A DNA stretch of 64,000 nucleotides from Gemmatimonadota bacterium (GCA_033763675.1 JANRJZ010000042.1:976-64975), one strand, 5' to 3'; shown: positions 26,264-36,421, counted from the stretch's first letter. Notes: generated by a model from the sequence alone, not told the origin. Translations and numbers: made by a program.

Positions 26264-27039
26264 TCGTCGACCTCGATCGAAAGCCCGTCGTAGGCGGGAA
26301 GCACCCCGGGCGGCAACTGGGCCGTCAGCTCGGCGTGTCCGGTCTCGTGGGTGAGGTGGGTGAGATAGGTACGCTCCGCCCCGAGCGCGCGAGCGGTGTC
26401 GATGGCCTCGCCGATCGAAAGGTGGGTCGGGTGCGGCCGCCACCAGAGCGAGTTGAGCACCAGTACCTCGAGCCCCGCCAGGGCGCCATAGGCCTCCGGC
26501 GGCACCGCCTTCACGTCGGTGATGTACGCGATCGGTCCGAAGCGGTAGCCAAAGACCCGGAGGAACCCATGCTCGAAGGCCAGCGGCAGCACCTGGATGC
26601 CGGCGATGTCGGTGGGCCTCCCCGGCTCCAGGGCCTGCAGCTGGAGCTGCGGCTTCGAGGTGCCCTCGAAGGCGTGCACGTCGTGATCGAAGATGTAGCG
26701 GAACCCCTCCCGGACCCGGGCCAGGGTCTCCGCCGGCCCGTAGCACACCAGGGGTCCGCGCTGCTTCACCGAGAAGATGCGCAGGTCATCGATCCCATTC
26801 AGGTGATCGGCGTGCTCGTGGGTGTAGAGCACCGCATCCACCCGGTTCACCCCGGCGGCCAGGAGCTGCAGCCGCAGCTCGGGGCCGGTGTCGATCAGCA
26901 GGGTCCGCCCCCCGGCCTCCAGCAAGGCCCCCGAGCGGGTCCGCCGGTCACGCGGGTCCGAGGAGCTGCACACCGGGCAGTGGCAGCCGATCTGCGGGAC
27001 GCCGAAGGAGGTGCCCGTGCCGAGAAAGGTCAGCTTCAC
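26260..27039 (-). CDS. MBL-fold metallo-hydrolase (PhnP-like)
   Basis: HxHxDH motif (YTHEHADHLNG) and an N-terminal CHCPVC cluster. Confidence 0.8.
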   Translation of the reverse strand: MKLTFLGTGTSFGVPQIGCHCPVCSSSDPRDRRTRSGALLEAGGRTLLIDTGPELRLQLLAAGVNRVDAVLYTHEHADHLNGIDDLRIFSVKQRGPLVCYGPAETLARVREGFRYIFDHDVHAFEGTSKPQLQLQALEPGRPTDIAGIQVLPLAFEHGFLRVFGYRFGPIAYITDVKAVPPEAYGALAGLEVLVLNSLWWRPHPTHLSIGEAIDTARALGAERTYLTHLTHETGHAELTAQLPPGVLPAYDGLSIEVDE

Positions 27040-27041
27040 CC

Positions 27042-28517
27042 TTAGAGCGCTTCGATCTTGAGGAGGTTGGTGGTGCCCGGCACGTCAAAGGGCACCCCGG
27101 CGGTCACGACCACGCGCTCGCCCGGCCGGGCAAGGCCGCGGTCGAGGATCTGGGCCCTGGCCTGCGCCAGCAGCGAATCGTACTCGGCGGAATGGGTGGT
27201 CTGGATGGGGAGCACCCCCCAGACCAGGGACAGCTGCCGGTAGGTCTCGAGCTCCGGCGTGGCGCCCACGATCGGGACGGAGGGCCGGTAGGTCGCGACC
27301 TTGCGGGCCGTGAAGCCGCTGCTGGTGAAGCAGAGGATCAGCGGGACGCGCAACAGCTCCGACGCGGCGCACACCGCCACCCCGATGGCGTCCTCGGTCC
27401 GGGCCGGGAGGTTGCCGCCCGGGCGCGGGTGGCGCGGATCGTCGGTTTCGCCCCCGCGGCGCCCCACCGCCGCGTCGAAGGCGGGGCTCCTCCCCTGCCG
27501 GTGGGATTCCATCTCCCGCGCGATCCGGTCCATGGCCCGCACCGCCTCGAGGGGGTACTCCCCGACGGCCGTCTCCGCCGAGAGCATCACGGCGTCGGTC
27601 CCGTCGAGGATGGCGTTGGCCACGTCCGACGCCTCGGCCCGGGTAGGCACCGGCGCGTGGACCATGGATTCGAGCATCTGCGTGGCGGTGATCACCGGCT
27701 TGCCGTGGAGGTTGGCCTCGCGGATGATCCGCTTCTGCATCAGCGGCACCTCCTCGAAGGGCAGCTCCACGCCCAGGTCCCCCCGCGCAACCATGATCGC
27801 GTCCGAGGCTTCGAGGATGCCGCAGAGATCCCGCAGCGCGGTGTCCTTCTCGATCTTGGCGACCAGCTTGATGCTGCGGGGGACGAGCCGGCGCAACGCG
27901 TCGAGATCCTGCGCCTTGCGGACGAACGAGAGCGCCACGTAGTCCACTGCCGCCTCGACCGCCATCACCACATCTTCACGGTCCTTGTCGGTCAGGGCCG
28001 GGGCGCTCACGTCGATCCCGGGGAGGTTCATCCCCTTGTTGGAGCGGAGTTCGCCGCCGTATTCCACGGTGGTGAGCACCCGGTCCCCTTGGACGTCGTT
28101 CACCCGCACCGCAAGCAGGCCGTCGTTGAGCAGGATCCGCGCGCCGGGATGCACGTCCCGCGCGATCGCGTCGTACGTGGTCGGGATCTCGCCGGGGGTG
28201 ACGACCGATTCCGGGGCGAAGACCACCTGGGTGCCCTTGACCAGCATGATCGGCTGGGGCAGCTGGCCCACCCGGATCCGCGGCCCCTGCAGGTCGAGCA
28301 GGAGGCCGATCGACTCCTTGCGTTCAGCCCGGATCCGCTTGACGGTCTCGATCCACTCCCGGCGAAGCTCCGCGGTCCCGTGGGAGGCGTTCACCCGTAC
28401 GACGTTGACCCCGGCGTCGAACAGCGCGTGCATCTGCTCCGGCCGGGACCAGGCGGGGCCGAGCGTCGCGACGATCTTGGTCCGTCGGATAGCGGATTCG
28501 GGCACGGGACTCCTCAT
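27042..28517 (-). CDS. pyk: pyruvate kinase
   Basis: [22 protein letters not shown] and ATQMLESM motifs, plus a C-terminal allosteric domain. Confidence 0.95.
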
Positions 28518-28613
28518 TCGGGCGGGCGGCGGGAGCTCAAGTGGTGGGGAGTCTAATCGTCCGGCGGGAGCGGCGGAACGGCGGCATGCGGCGCCTCGGC
28601 CCGCGGTGCCTGA

Positions 28614-30188
28614 TCAGCGGTGGAAGACCACCTCGCCGGCCACGACGGTGAGGCGGACCTGCGCCTCACGCACCGCCAGCCAGTCCCCCCTCGCCGCGCC
28701 GGCATCCATGTTCCACACCACCAGGTCCGCATCGTACCCGGGGGCCAGCCGCCCGCGCCGGGTGGCCACCCCGCCGGCGATGGCGTTCCCCACGGTGTAG
28801 GCCCGGAGAGCGGAGTCGAAGTCGAGCCGCTCCCCGGCATGCCACCCCTCGCCGAAGCTGCCGTCCGCCGCGACCCGGGCCATGGCCGCCGCGATCCCCA
28901 GCCGTGGGTCAGGGGAGGCAACAGGGACGTCGCTCCCGAAGGCCAGCACCGCCCCGGACGCCTGCAGCGACCGGAACGGGTACGCCCGGCTGGTCCGGGC
29001 GCCCCACCGCTCCTCCGCCAGCGCAACGTCCGCGGGGAGGTGCACCGGCTGCATCGAGAGCACAATGCCATGGGCCGCGGCGCGGCCCAGGTCGGCGGGG
29101 TGCACACACTGGAAGTGCTCCACCCGGTGGGGGAGCGCCACCGGCGGGAGCGGGACCAGCAGGTCCAGCGCCTGGCGCACCGCCGCATCCCCGATGGCGT
29201 GAATGGTGCTCGCAATCCCCGCGCTGGCCGCGGCCTCGACGACCCGCCGCGCGTTGGCTGTGTCCGCCAGGGGCAGCCCGTGGTCGGCGCCCCCTTCGTA
29301 CGGTTCGAGCATCCAGGCCGTCCGGCTCCCCAGGCTTCCATCGAGGAACAGCTTGATGCCCCCCAGGGCCAGCCAGTCCGTGCCTTCGCCACTCCGCGCC
29401 TGCTGCCACAGCAGGTCGGGCAGCTGCGCGACCGGCGGGTGGAACAGCACCCTGAGTCGCAGTTCCCCCCGGCGCTCCAGGGTCCGGAAAGCCCGCAAGG
29501 CGTCCGGGGCCTCCATGGAGTGGATGCCGGTGAGGCCCAGCGCATGGGCCTCCGCCTGAGCCGCACGGAGGGCGGCGACAAGCCCCTCTGGATCCGGGGC
29601 GGGAAGCACGGCGCGGACGAGGTCGGTGGCACGCTCGAGCAACAGCCCAGTGGGTTCACCCGCGGCATCACGGACGATCCGCCCGCCGACCGGATCCGGG
29701 GTGTTCCGGTCCACCCCCGCCCGGGCCAGGGCGGCCGAGTTGGCCCAGGCGGCGTGGAGGTCCACCGACTCCAGGAAGACCGGAGCCTGGACCACGGCGT
29801 CGAGCGAACGGCGGTCCGGCGCCTCATCCCACCGGTTGGCGTCCCAGCCGTGGCCCCTCAGCCACCCCTGTTCCACCGTTCCCCCGGCCACCCGACGCAG
29901 GGCCTCCGAGCGCCGGGAAGCACCCGCGAGTTGCACCCGCCGCCGGCCCTGGGCCCACATCGCGAAGTGGGTGTGGCCATCCACCAGTCCGGGGGTGATG
30001 AGGGTGCGGGGGAGGTCGTACCTGGGCACCCTCGAGGGGACCCGGCGTTCCAGTTCGGCGGCGGTCGCAACTGCCCGGATGACCCCCTCCTGCCACCAGA
30101 TGGCATCCCCCTCCAGGCCCGGGGTCAGGGAGAGCACCCGGCCGCCACGGAGCAGGCCGCTGGTTGCGGGGACGAGAGGAGGATCCAC
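28614..30188 (-). CDS. amidohydrolase family protein (YtcJ-like, Amidohydro_3)
   Basis: ITPGLVDGHTHF metal-binding motif, later HAIGD, and a C-terminal DADLVVW. I place the start at GTG 30188. The further 45 codons of track ORF 28614..30323 use A/T-ending codons atypical for this genome, so they are probably non-coding. Confidence 0.8.
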   Translation of the reverse strand: MDPPLVPATSGLLRGGRVLSLTPGLEGDAIWWQEGVIRAVATAAELERRVPSRVPRYDLPRTLITPGLVDGHTHFAMWAQGRRRVQLAGASRRSEALRRVAGGTVEQGWLRGHGWDANRWDEAPDRRSLDAVVQAPVFLESVDLHAAWANSAALARAGVDRNTPDPVGGRIVRDAAGEPTGLLLERATDLVRAVLPAPDPEGLVAALRAAQAEAHALGLTGIHSMEAPDALRAFRTLERRGELRLRVLFHPPVAQLPDLLWQQARSGEGTDWLALGGIKLFLDGSLGSRTAWMLEPYEGGADHGLPLADTANARRVVEAAASAGIASTIHAIGDAAVRQALDLLVPLPPVALPHRVEHFQCVHPADLGRAAAHGIVLSMQPVHLPADVALAEERWGARTSRAYPFRSLQASGAVLAFGSDVPVASPDPRLGIAAAMARVAADGSFGEGWHAGERLDFDSALRAYTVGNAIAGGVATRRGRLAPGYDADLVVWNMDAGAARGDWLAVREAQVRLTVVAGEVVFHR

Positions 30189-30228
30189 GCCCCAACTTAC
30201 TCCCGGCGCCGACCAGGGACCATCGGGT

Positions 30229-30641
30229 CGTGGAAAACTGACAGAGGAGCCCCAATGCAACTTGTCCACATGAAAACCGCTGCCTAGTGGGAGCCGCCAC
30301 GACTCCGACATCGAGTCTCCCACGCCTGTGGAATCATGGCTTTATCCACATGTGGAATGGGGAAACCGCCCAGCAACCGGCTGCATGCCGCTGTGCCACA
30401 AAGGACTTGACCGCCACTTGCTTTTCCACTTGAAGTCAATCGGCTAAACACAGTTCCCACAATGGGAAAAACACCAACGCCAATGTTGATAATGGGGATG
30501 GCGACAGTGTCGCCAGTGCCGAGTATTCTATGCACAGATTGTGTATATGCCCCCAACCGGTGCCTTCCCTGGCCGCGAAGCTGGCCGGCGTTGGCCACAA
30601 GCAGAAACCCCGATCCGATGGGCCGGATCGAGGTTTCCACA
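30229..30641. promoter_or_regulatory. cluster of DnaA-box-like 9-mers in an AT-rich intergenic island
   Basis: The boxes are:
- TTATCCACA 30342-30350 (perfect consensus)
- TTGTCCACA 30262-30270
- TTTTCCACT 30422-30430
- GTTTCCACA 30633-30641
- GTTCCCACA 30453-30461
- Reverse-oriented: cgtggaaaa 30229-30237, tgtggaatc 30327-30335 and tgtggaatg 30351-30359

My hand count gives 126/240 GC (52.5%) for 30301-30540, against 72-73% in flanking coding lines. Confidence 0.4.
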
Positions 30642-30663
30642 TCAGCCGCACCCGGGGAGTCAG

Positions 30664-31515
30664 CTACTCGATGAACTTCATCCAGGCTGTACCGCCCTCC
30701 AGCATGGTACCCACCATCCGGATCGGGGAGGCAGCGAGCGCCTCCGCGAGCTTCCCCTTTCCCTGGAACCTCAGGGCCCCCGGAAGGGCAGAGACCCGCG
30801 TGGGGTAGGCGCTGAACTCCACCTGCCAGACCCGATTCCCGTCCCCCCTGACCGCCCAATGGTGCACGACCGGGCCCACGGTCATGGTCGAGTCCGGACG
30901 GGGGTGCCCGGAGAAGAACAGGTCGGTCCGGTCAAGCCGCAGCCGGAATTGCTCGTCGTCCGATTCGGGCACCGGCTCCCGGTTGATCTCGATCCGCTCC
31001 ATCTGGATGAAAGCCAGCTCCATCTGCCGCTTGAGCCCGGAGTTGTTGGTGGCCAGGACGATCTGGGACAACCCGGGCTCGGCGCCAAGCCGGTCCCCGG
31101 TGGCGGCCAGCCCCCACCAGAAGATCGCCAGCGGCTTCTTCCCCCCGTCGGCCCGGTCGTAGTCGCGCTTCCCGATGGAGACCCCCTTGGTGAACCAGAG
31201 GCAGACCTGGGAGGGCACCCACTCGGCGTACTGCGGCTCGTCGGTGATAACCCGCCGGAGCGCGGGGTGAAGCGGCGCATAGTCTCTGGCAGCGACCGTT
31301 CGCTGGCCCCTGATGGCCAGGTCCGAGGCCGCGCGGGGCTCGACCAGGAGGTGGACGCACCAGCTCCCCTGCCCCTCCCCGATCTCCCAGGTGACCTTGG
31401 GCTCCGCCAGGGCGGTGGAAGCCTGTGCCCGGAGTGCCAGGGGAAGCAGAACGAGGACCGACAGGGTCCAGGACAGGGTGATCAGGGGGGCCCGGCGGCG
31501 ACGAAGCTTGGGCAT
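30664..31515 (-). CDS. hypothetical secreted protein (283 aa), no recognisable domain
   Basis: Start MPKLRRRRAPLITLSWTLSVLVLLPLALRAQA (signal peptide) at 31515, residue 119 of track ORF 30664..31869. GC3-rich codons. It is the last gene of the ccdA-tlpA-prx string. Confidence 0.5.
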   Translation of the reverse strand: MPKLRRRRAPLITLSWTLSVLVLLPLALRAQASTALAEPKVTWEIGEGQGSWCVHLLVEPRAASDLAIRGQRTVAARDYAPLHPALRRVITDEPQYAEWVPSQVCLWFTKGVSIGKRDYDRADGGKKPLAIFWWGLAATGDRLGAEPGLSQIVLATNNSGLKRQMELAFIQMERIEINREPVPESDDEQFRLRLDRTDLFFSGHPRPDSTMTVGPVVHHWAVRGDGNRVWQVEFSAYPTRVSALPGALRFQGKGKLAEALAASPIRMVGTMLEGGTAWMKFIE

Positions 31516-31538
31516 CGGGCTGAGATCCTGGGCGAAGG

Positions 31539-32129
31539 TCAGCGACTCGCCCGGGCCGCGTCCACGGCCCGGTCGAGGTCGCGGTAGGAGGCGGGCTCCA
31601 GGGCGCGGAAACGGAGATCGGCGTACGTCACCCGCCCCTGCCGGTCGATGACGTAGACTGTGCGGCGGTTGTATCCCTCCCGATCCGCGCTGCCGTAGAG
31701 CCTCGAGACCTTCTGGTCCCGGTCGGAGAGCAGGCGGAAGGGAAGCCCGAGACTGGCCGCGAAGCGCTGCTGCGTCTCCAGCGAGTCGGCGCTGATCCCC
31801 ACCACCACCACATCCTCGCCGAACAGCTCGGCGTACTGGTCCGCAAAGGTGCGCATTTCCGCCGTACAACCCGGCGTGAACGCTTTGGGGTAGAACGCCA
31901 GCACCACCACCTTGCCTCGCTGCCCGCTCAGGCCGAACCAGGGCTCCGGCCCGACGACCGTATCCCGGCTGGCCCAGGGGAGCAGGAAGTCGGGTGCCCG
32001 GTCTCCCTCACGCGGCCCCGAGACCAGGACCGCGGTGGGACGACCGATCGTCGTATCCTGGCCCAGCGCCGGAAGCGGGAGGGCGAGAATCAGCCCGAGG
32101 GTGGCCAGAGCCACCGGCATCGTTCGCAT
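31539..32129 (-). CDS. secreted peroxiredoxin, Bcp/PrxQ-like, apparently 1-Cys
   Basis: Signal peptide (MRTMPVALATLGLILALPLPALGQD), then AFYPKAFTPGCTAEM with the peroxidatic Cys. There is no Cys at the +5 position. Confidence 0.85.
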   Translation of the reverse strand: MRTMPVALATLGLILALPLPALGQDTTIGRPTAVLVSGPREGDRAPDFLLPWASRDTVVGPEPWFGLSGQRGKVVVLAFYPKAFTPGCTAEMRTFADQYAELFGEDVVVVGISADSLETQQRFAASLGLPFRLLSDRDQKVSRLYGSADREGYNRRTVYVIDRQGRVTYADLRFRALEPASYRDLDRAVDAARASR

Positions 32130-32132
32130 GGA

Positions 32133-32639
32133 CTACTCCTGGACTCCGGCCACTCGCTGGAGCGCCGGTTCGAATCGCTGGTCGGCCCCGACGCCGGTGT
32201 AGACGACCTTTCCTGCCTTGTCCACGATCACCACGTAGCTGGTGGCCGGGGCCAGGTAGGCCCGGGTGCTGGCCCCCTGATCGTCGTAGAGCACCCGGAA
32301 GGGTATGGGGTGATCCTGGAGGTAGCGGCGCACCCGCGCGGGGGTCTGGTTGACGGTGACGTTGACGCCGATGAACTCCACGCGATCTCCGACCAGCTTC
32401 TGCGCCTCGCGGAACCGGGGCAGCAGTTCCTCGCAGTTGGAGCACCAGGTGGCCCAGAACTCAAGCAACACCGGCTTCTTCCCGATCCACTGGCCGAGGT
32501 CGACCGGGTTGCCATCGAGATCGTTGACGGTGACCACCGGGGCTCGATCACCGACCCGGATACCCGACTCACCCTGGGCTACAAGCGGGGCGGCCACCAG
32601 CGCCGCGGCGAGGGATCCGGCCTGGAGCAGCATGCGCAT
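32133..32639 (-). CDS. TlpA/ResA-like periplasmic thiol:disulfide oxidoreductase
   Basis: Start [23 protein letters not shown] at 32639 shares 1 nt with the ccdA stop (TGATG). Thioredoxin-fold motif EFWATWCSNC. Confidence 0.8.
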   Translation of the reverse strand: MRMLLQAGSLAAALVAAPLVAQGESGIRVGDRAPVVTVNDLDGNPVDLGQWIGKKPVLLEFWATWCSNCEELLPRFREAQKLVGDRVEFIGVNVTVNQTPARVRRYLQDHPIPFRVLYDDQGASTRAYLAPATSYVVIVDKAGKVVYTGVGADQRFEPALQRVAGVQE

Positions 32640-33355
32640 CAGGAGACCATTCCCATCTGGATGAAGTAATACTCGGCCATGCCCAGCAGGACGACGCCGG
32701 CCCCTCGTTTGATCCAGGCAGTCCAGCGTCCGCTCTGGGGAAGTATCGCCGCCATGCCGGAGGTGAGACCCACCAGCGCCAGCAGCGCGGTCATCCCGAG
32801 TGAAAAGACGAACAGGTACAGGAAACCCCACACGGCACTCCCGGTGGCAGTGACAAAGGTGAGCGCGGCGGCAAAGGCCGGCGCCCCGCAGGGGGCGGCC
32901 ACCAGGCCAGAAGTGGCCCCCATGGCGAACACCCCGCCCACCGACCCCCCGCCGAAGCGATTGGCCCAGTTGAGGAACCGCGTCGGCACCGCCACGGAGA
33001 ACACGTCCAGCAGGGCCAGCGCGAAGAGCAGCAACAGGTTGCCGATCACGAAATAGGACCAGCGGTTGGAGCTGACCGCCCCGAACAGCGACCCGGTCAG
33101 CCCCGCCAGCAGGCCCAGGGCGGCGTAGACCAGCGCCACCCCGAGGATGTACACCGCCGTGTACGCCGCGGTCCGTCCCCGGGAACGCTCCCGGGCTCCG
33201 GCGCCACCCAGCACCCCGGCGACGATGGGAATCATGGGATAGACGCAGGGAGTCAGGCTGGTCACCAGGCCGGCGCCGAACATCAGCGCCAGTCCGGTGA
33301 GCGGGGCCTCACGCAGGACCTGATCGAGCGGCAGCGCCATACCGGTTTTCCACAT
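32639..33355 (-). CDS. ccdA: cytochrome c biogenesis protein CcdA (DsbD-family thiol-disulfide transporter)
   Basis: A polytopic protein with the two conserved Cys-containing helices ([10 protein letters not shown] and AAPCGAP). Confidence 0.85.
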
Positions 33356-34544
33356 AATCGTCGAGGAGGCGGAGGAAGTCGGCCACGATGGTGTCCCCCT
33401 TGAGGGTCACCATCAAGCGACCATCCACGTACACCGGCGCCTTGGGCTCCTCGAAGGTCCCCGGGAGGGAGATCCCGATGTTGGCGTGCTTCGATTCTCC
33501 CGGCCCGTTCACCACGCACCCCATGACCGCCAGCTTGAGCTCCTCCACTCCGGGGTAGCGCTCCCGCCATTCGGGCATCTGCCGCCTCAGGTAGCCCTGG
33601 ATATCCTCGGCCATCTGCTGGAAGAACGTGCTGGTGGTCCGGCCGCAGCCCGGGCAGGCGGTCACCTGCGGTGCGAAGCTCCGCAGCTCCAGCGACTGCA
33701 GGATCTGTTGCGCGACCAGCACCTCCTCGGTCCGGTCGCCTCCCGGCCGCGGGGTGAGGGAGACCCGGATGGTGTCCCCGATCCCCTCCTGCAACAGGAT
33801 GGCGAGCCCCGCGGCGCTGGCGACCACGCCCTTGGTGCCCATCCCCGCCTCGGTGAGCCCCAGGTGGAACGGGTAGTCGCAGCGGGCGGCCAGCAGCCGG
33901 TAGACCGCCACCAGGTCCTGCACACCGGACACCTTGGCGCTCAGGATGATCCGGTCGTGCGCCATCCCCAGCGACTCGGCATGGGCTGCGGAGCGCAGGG
34001 CGCTCTCGAGCATCGCGTCCATCATCACGTCCCGGGCATCCCGGGGCGCGGGGAGGAGGGCATTGGCGTCCATCAGTTCGGTGAGCAGAATCTGATCCAG
34101 GGAGCCCCAGTTCACGCCGATCCGCACCGGCTTGTCGTTCTGGAGCGCCACCTCGATGATCGCCCGAAAGTTCTCGTCCGCCCGCTTTCCCCCGACGTTG
34201 CCGGGATTGATCCGGTACTTGGCCAGGGCGGCGGCGCATTCCGGGTAGCGGGTCAGCAGGAGGTGGCCATTGTAGTGAAAGTCACCGATGATCGGGACGG
34301 TGACCCCCTGCTCCGCCAGACCGGCCACGATGGCCGGCACCGCCTGGGCCGCCGCCTCGTTGTTGACGGTCACCCGGACCAGCTGACTCCCCGCCTGGGC
34401 GAGGGCCGCCACCTGCCGGATCGTCCCGGGGACGTCGGCAGTGTCGGTGTTGGTCATGGACTGGACCACGATCGGGTGGTCGCTGCCTACGGGGACGTCA
34501 CCGACCCAGGTGGTGACGGTCGGCCGGCGGGTGGCATTTGACAT
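33309..34544 (-). CDS. ispG: 4-hydroxy-3-methylbut-2-en-1-yl diphosphate synthase (flavodoxin) IspG
   Basis: Start [35 protein letters not shown] at 34544. C-terminal Fe-S cysteines (CPGCGRT ... GCVVNGPGE). Confidence 0.95.
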
Positions 34545-34594
34545 GGCGGGAAATATATCCCGGCGCGCGGCCGGGGAATTGACCGGGGCCCGGA

Positions 34595-35470
34595 TCAGCT
34601 TCGGTCGAACCGCGCGTCGGTGATGGCGGCGAGATCCGCCGGGGTGAGGGTCAGGTCGGCCGCGCCGGTGCTGTCGAGGATGTGCTCCACCGTGCGGGCG
34701 CTTGGAATGACGAAGACGGTTGGGCCCTGGGCCAGGACCCAGGCCAGGCAAAGCTGGTGCGCGCCCAGCCCCGTCCGTCGGGCGATCGCGGAGAGGACCG
34801 GGTCCGTGGGCAACTTCCTGGTGAGTCGCCCGCCGCCGGTCGGGCTGTAGGCCAGAAAGCCGATGCCCTGCTCGCCGCAGTAGCGCGCGACCCCGTCCTG
34901 GATCGCCTCGCGGAAAAAGGGATTCAGCCGATTCTGCACCGTGGCGATCGGGGCGACCCCCTGTGCCAGCCGGATCTGGTCCACGGACACATTGGACAGC
35001 CCCAGCCACCGGATCTTCCCCGCCCGCCGCAGCTCGGCGAGGGCGCCGACGCTTTCGAGGAATGGCACCGCCGGATCTGGCGCGTGCAACTGGTACAGGG
35101 CAATCTGCTCCACGCCCAGCGCGCGGAGTGAGGCGTCGCAGGCGGCCTTGAGGCTCTCGGGCCGGCCATCGCGGTCCCAGCGCCCTCCGGTCCGCACGAT
35201 CCCGCCCTTGGTGGCCACCACCACCCGTTCCCGCGCCCCGCGCCATTCCCGGAGCGCCCGGGCGATCAGGCGCTCGTTGTGTCCGGTGTCGGTCGCGTCA
35301 AGGCAGTAGGCGTTGGCGGTGTCGATGAGCGTCACCCCGGCGTCGAGGCCGGCGTGAATCACCCGGATGCCCTCTGCCTCCGGGGGCCGGCCGTCGATGG
35401 AGAGATGCATCCCGCCGTAGCCAACGACGGAGACCGCGGGGAGGCCGGGGCCGAGAGGGAGGACACGCAT
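34595..35470 (-). CDS. aldo/keto reductase
   Basis: AKR motifs ([21 protein letters not shown]). Confidence 0.9.
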
Positions 35471-35524
35471 GGTCAGGGGCGCCTGCGGGGGGCCGGGCGG
35501 CCACGAGGCTCCGGCCGGGCTGGA

Positions 35525-35791
35525 CTACCGCATGCCGAGCTGGGCGATCAACCGGAAGTGCTCCTTCTCGGTGATGTCGCCGGCATCGAGCAGGGGCTTG
35601 AGGGCGGCGACGATATCCTCGCGTCCGCCATCGATTCGCCGGTCCCGCAGCTCCTGGATCATGCGGGCGAACTTCATGTCGTAGGCATCGGCCTTGAGCT
35701 CACCGCTCTTCCGCGCCGCGGACAGCTTGGCGATTTCCTGGGCGACCCGTGCCGGCTTGATGGGGGTCAGATCGCCGGGCTGATCGGACAT
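35525..35791 (-). CDS. hypothetical 88-aa protein
   Basis: An isolated ORF with GC3-rich codon usage and a charged helical sequence. No motif recognised. Confidence 0.4.
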   Translation of the reverse strand: MSDQPGDLTPIKPARVAQEIAKLSAARKSGELKADAYDMKFARMIQELRDRRIDGGREDIVAALKPLLDAGDITEKEHFRLIAQLGMR

Positions 35792-35845
35792 TGCGCGAAC
35801 CTCGGCTGCAGGGGGTAAGGGCCATTCCGCGAGTGGACGCCCAAG

Positions 35846-36421
35846 CTACACCCGGCGTTCCGCCGCCGCCACCGTGCGGGTGGGGTCCGCACCAGCCCAA
35901 CTGACGTCCGCGGTGGGGCCGTAGGTCGGCGGAACCCGATCCTCCAGCAGCCGGAGGCAGACGCCGACCTGCGCGCGGTGGTGGGCCGTATGGAGCACCC
36001 GGCGCCAGAAGACCCAGATGCGTTCCCGGGTCACGTCGAAGAATGGGACGTGGCCGAGCCAGAACGCCTCGTCCCCGGCGGCGAGCGCGGCGAGCCGGGC
36101 CCCGGCCAGCTCCACGTATCGCGCGACATAGGCGGTCACCGCGGCATCGCCGCCCGGGAGCAGGGTGGCGGCCGGCGGCTCGGAAAAGCCCATGAACTCG
36201 GCGAAGAACCGGCGCTCGGAGAGAATCTGATGGGTGAGGATCTCGCGGACGGTGCTGCTCTTCGCGTGGGGCCGGAAGCCGAGCTGGTCGTCCCGCAGCT
36301 CACTCCAGGCGGCCGCGGTCTTGTTGGTCTCCGAGACGTAGGTCTCGACCAGGTGCTGGAACAGGGGGTGGACGGCGCGGGGGATGCCCGCGGCGGGGAG
36401 GAACTCCCGTTCGTACTCCAT
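35846..36421 (-). CDS. DinB family protein
   Basis: Four-helix-bundle DinB-like pattern with conserved His residues (ILTHQILSERRF ... LHTAHHRAQV). Confidence 0.75.
   Translation of the reverse strand: MEYEREFLPAAGIPRAVHPLFQHLVETYVSETNKTAAAWSELRDDQLGFRPHAKSSTVREILTHQILSERRFFAEFMGFSEPPAATLLPGGDAAVTAYVARYVELAGARLAALAAGDEAFWLGHVPFFDVTRERIWVFWRRVLHTAHHRAQVGVCLRLLEDRVPPTYGPTADVSWAGADPTRTVAAAERRV

Noticed and set aside
30189-30663. Checked the island for tRNA, tmRNA, RNase P RNA or a riboswitch.
   Set aside because: I found no cloverleaf with a GTTCGAATC-type T-arm, no tmRNA termini, no RNase P CR-I/CR-V strings (GAGGAAAGUCC and similar), and no riboswitch core I recognise. A covariance-model scan would be the decisive test.
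30284-30859. Small ORFs inside the AT-rich island (30284..30859 -, 30436..30651 -, 30462..30674 +, 30530..30808 +), considered as possible genes or a small mobile or foreign insert.
   Set aside because: Codon usage is A/T-ending, unlike every confident gene here. They carry no motifs, overlap each other in several frames, and are not flanked by repeats or an integrase. I treat the island as non-coding regulatory or replication-related DNA.
33309-33355. 47-nt overlap between the ispG 3' end and the ccdA 5' end, considered as a possible misannotation or frameshift.
   Set aside because: An alternative ccdA ATG at 33340 still overlaps ispG by 32 nt. Later starts would delete the first conserved TM helix. 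An overlap of this size is plausible in this compact genome, so I do not treat it as an anomaly.
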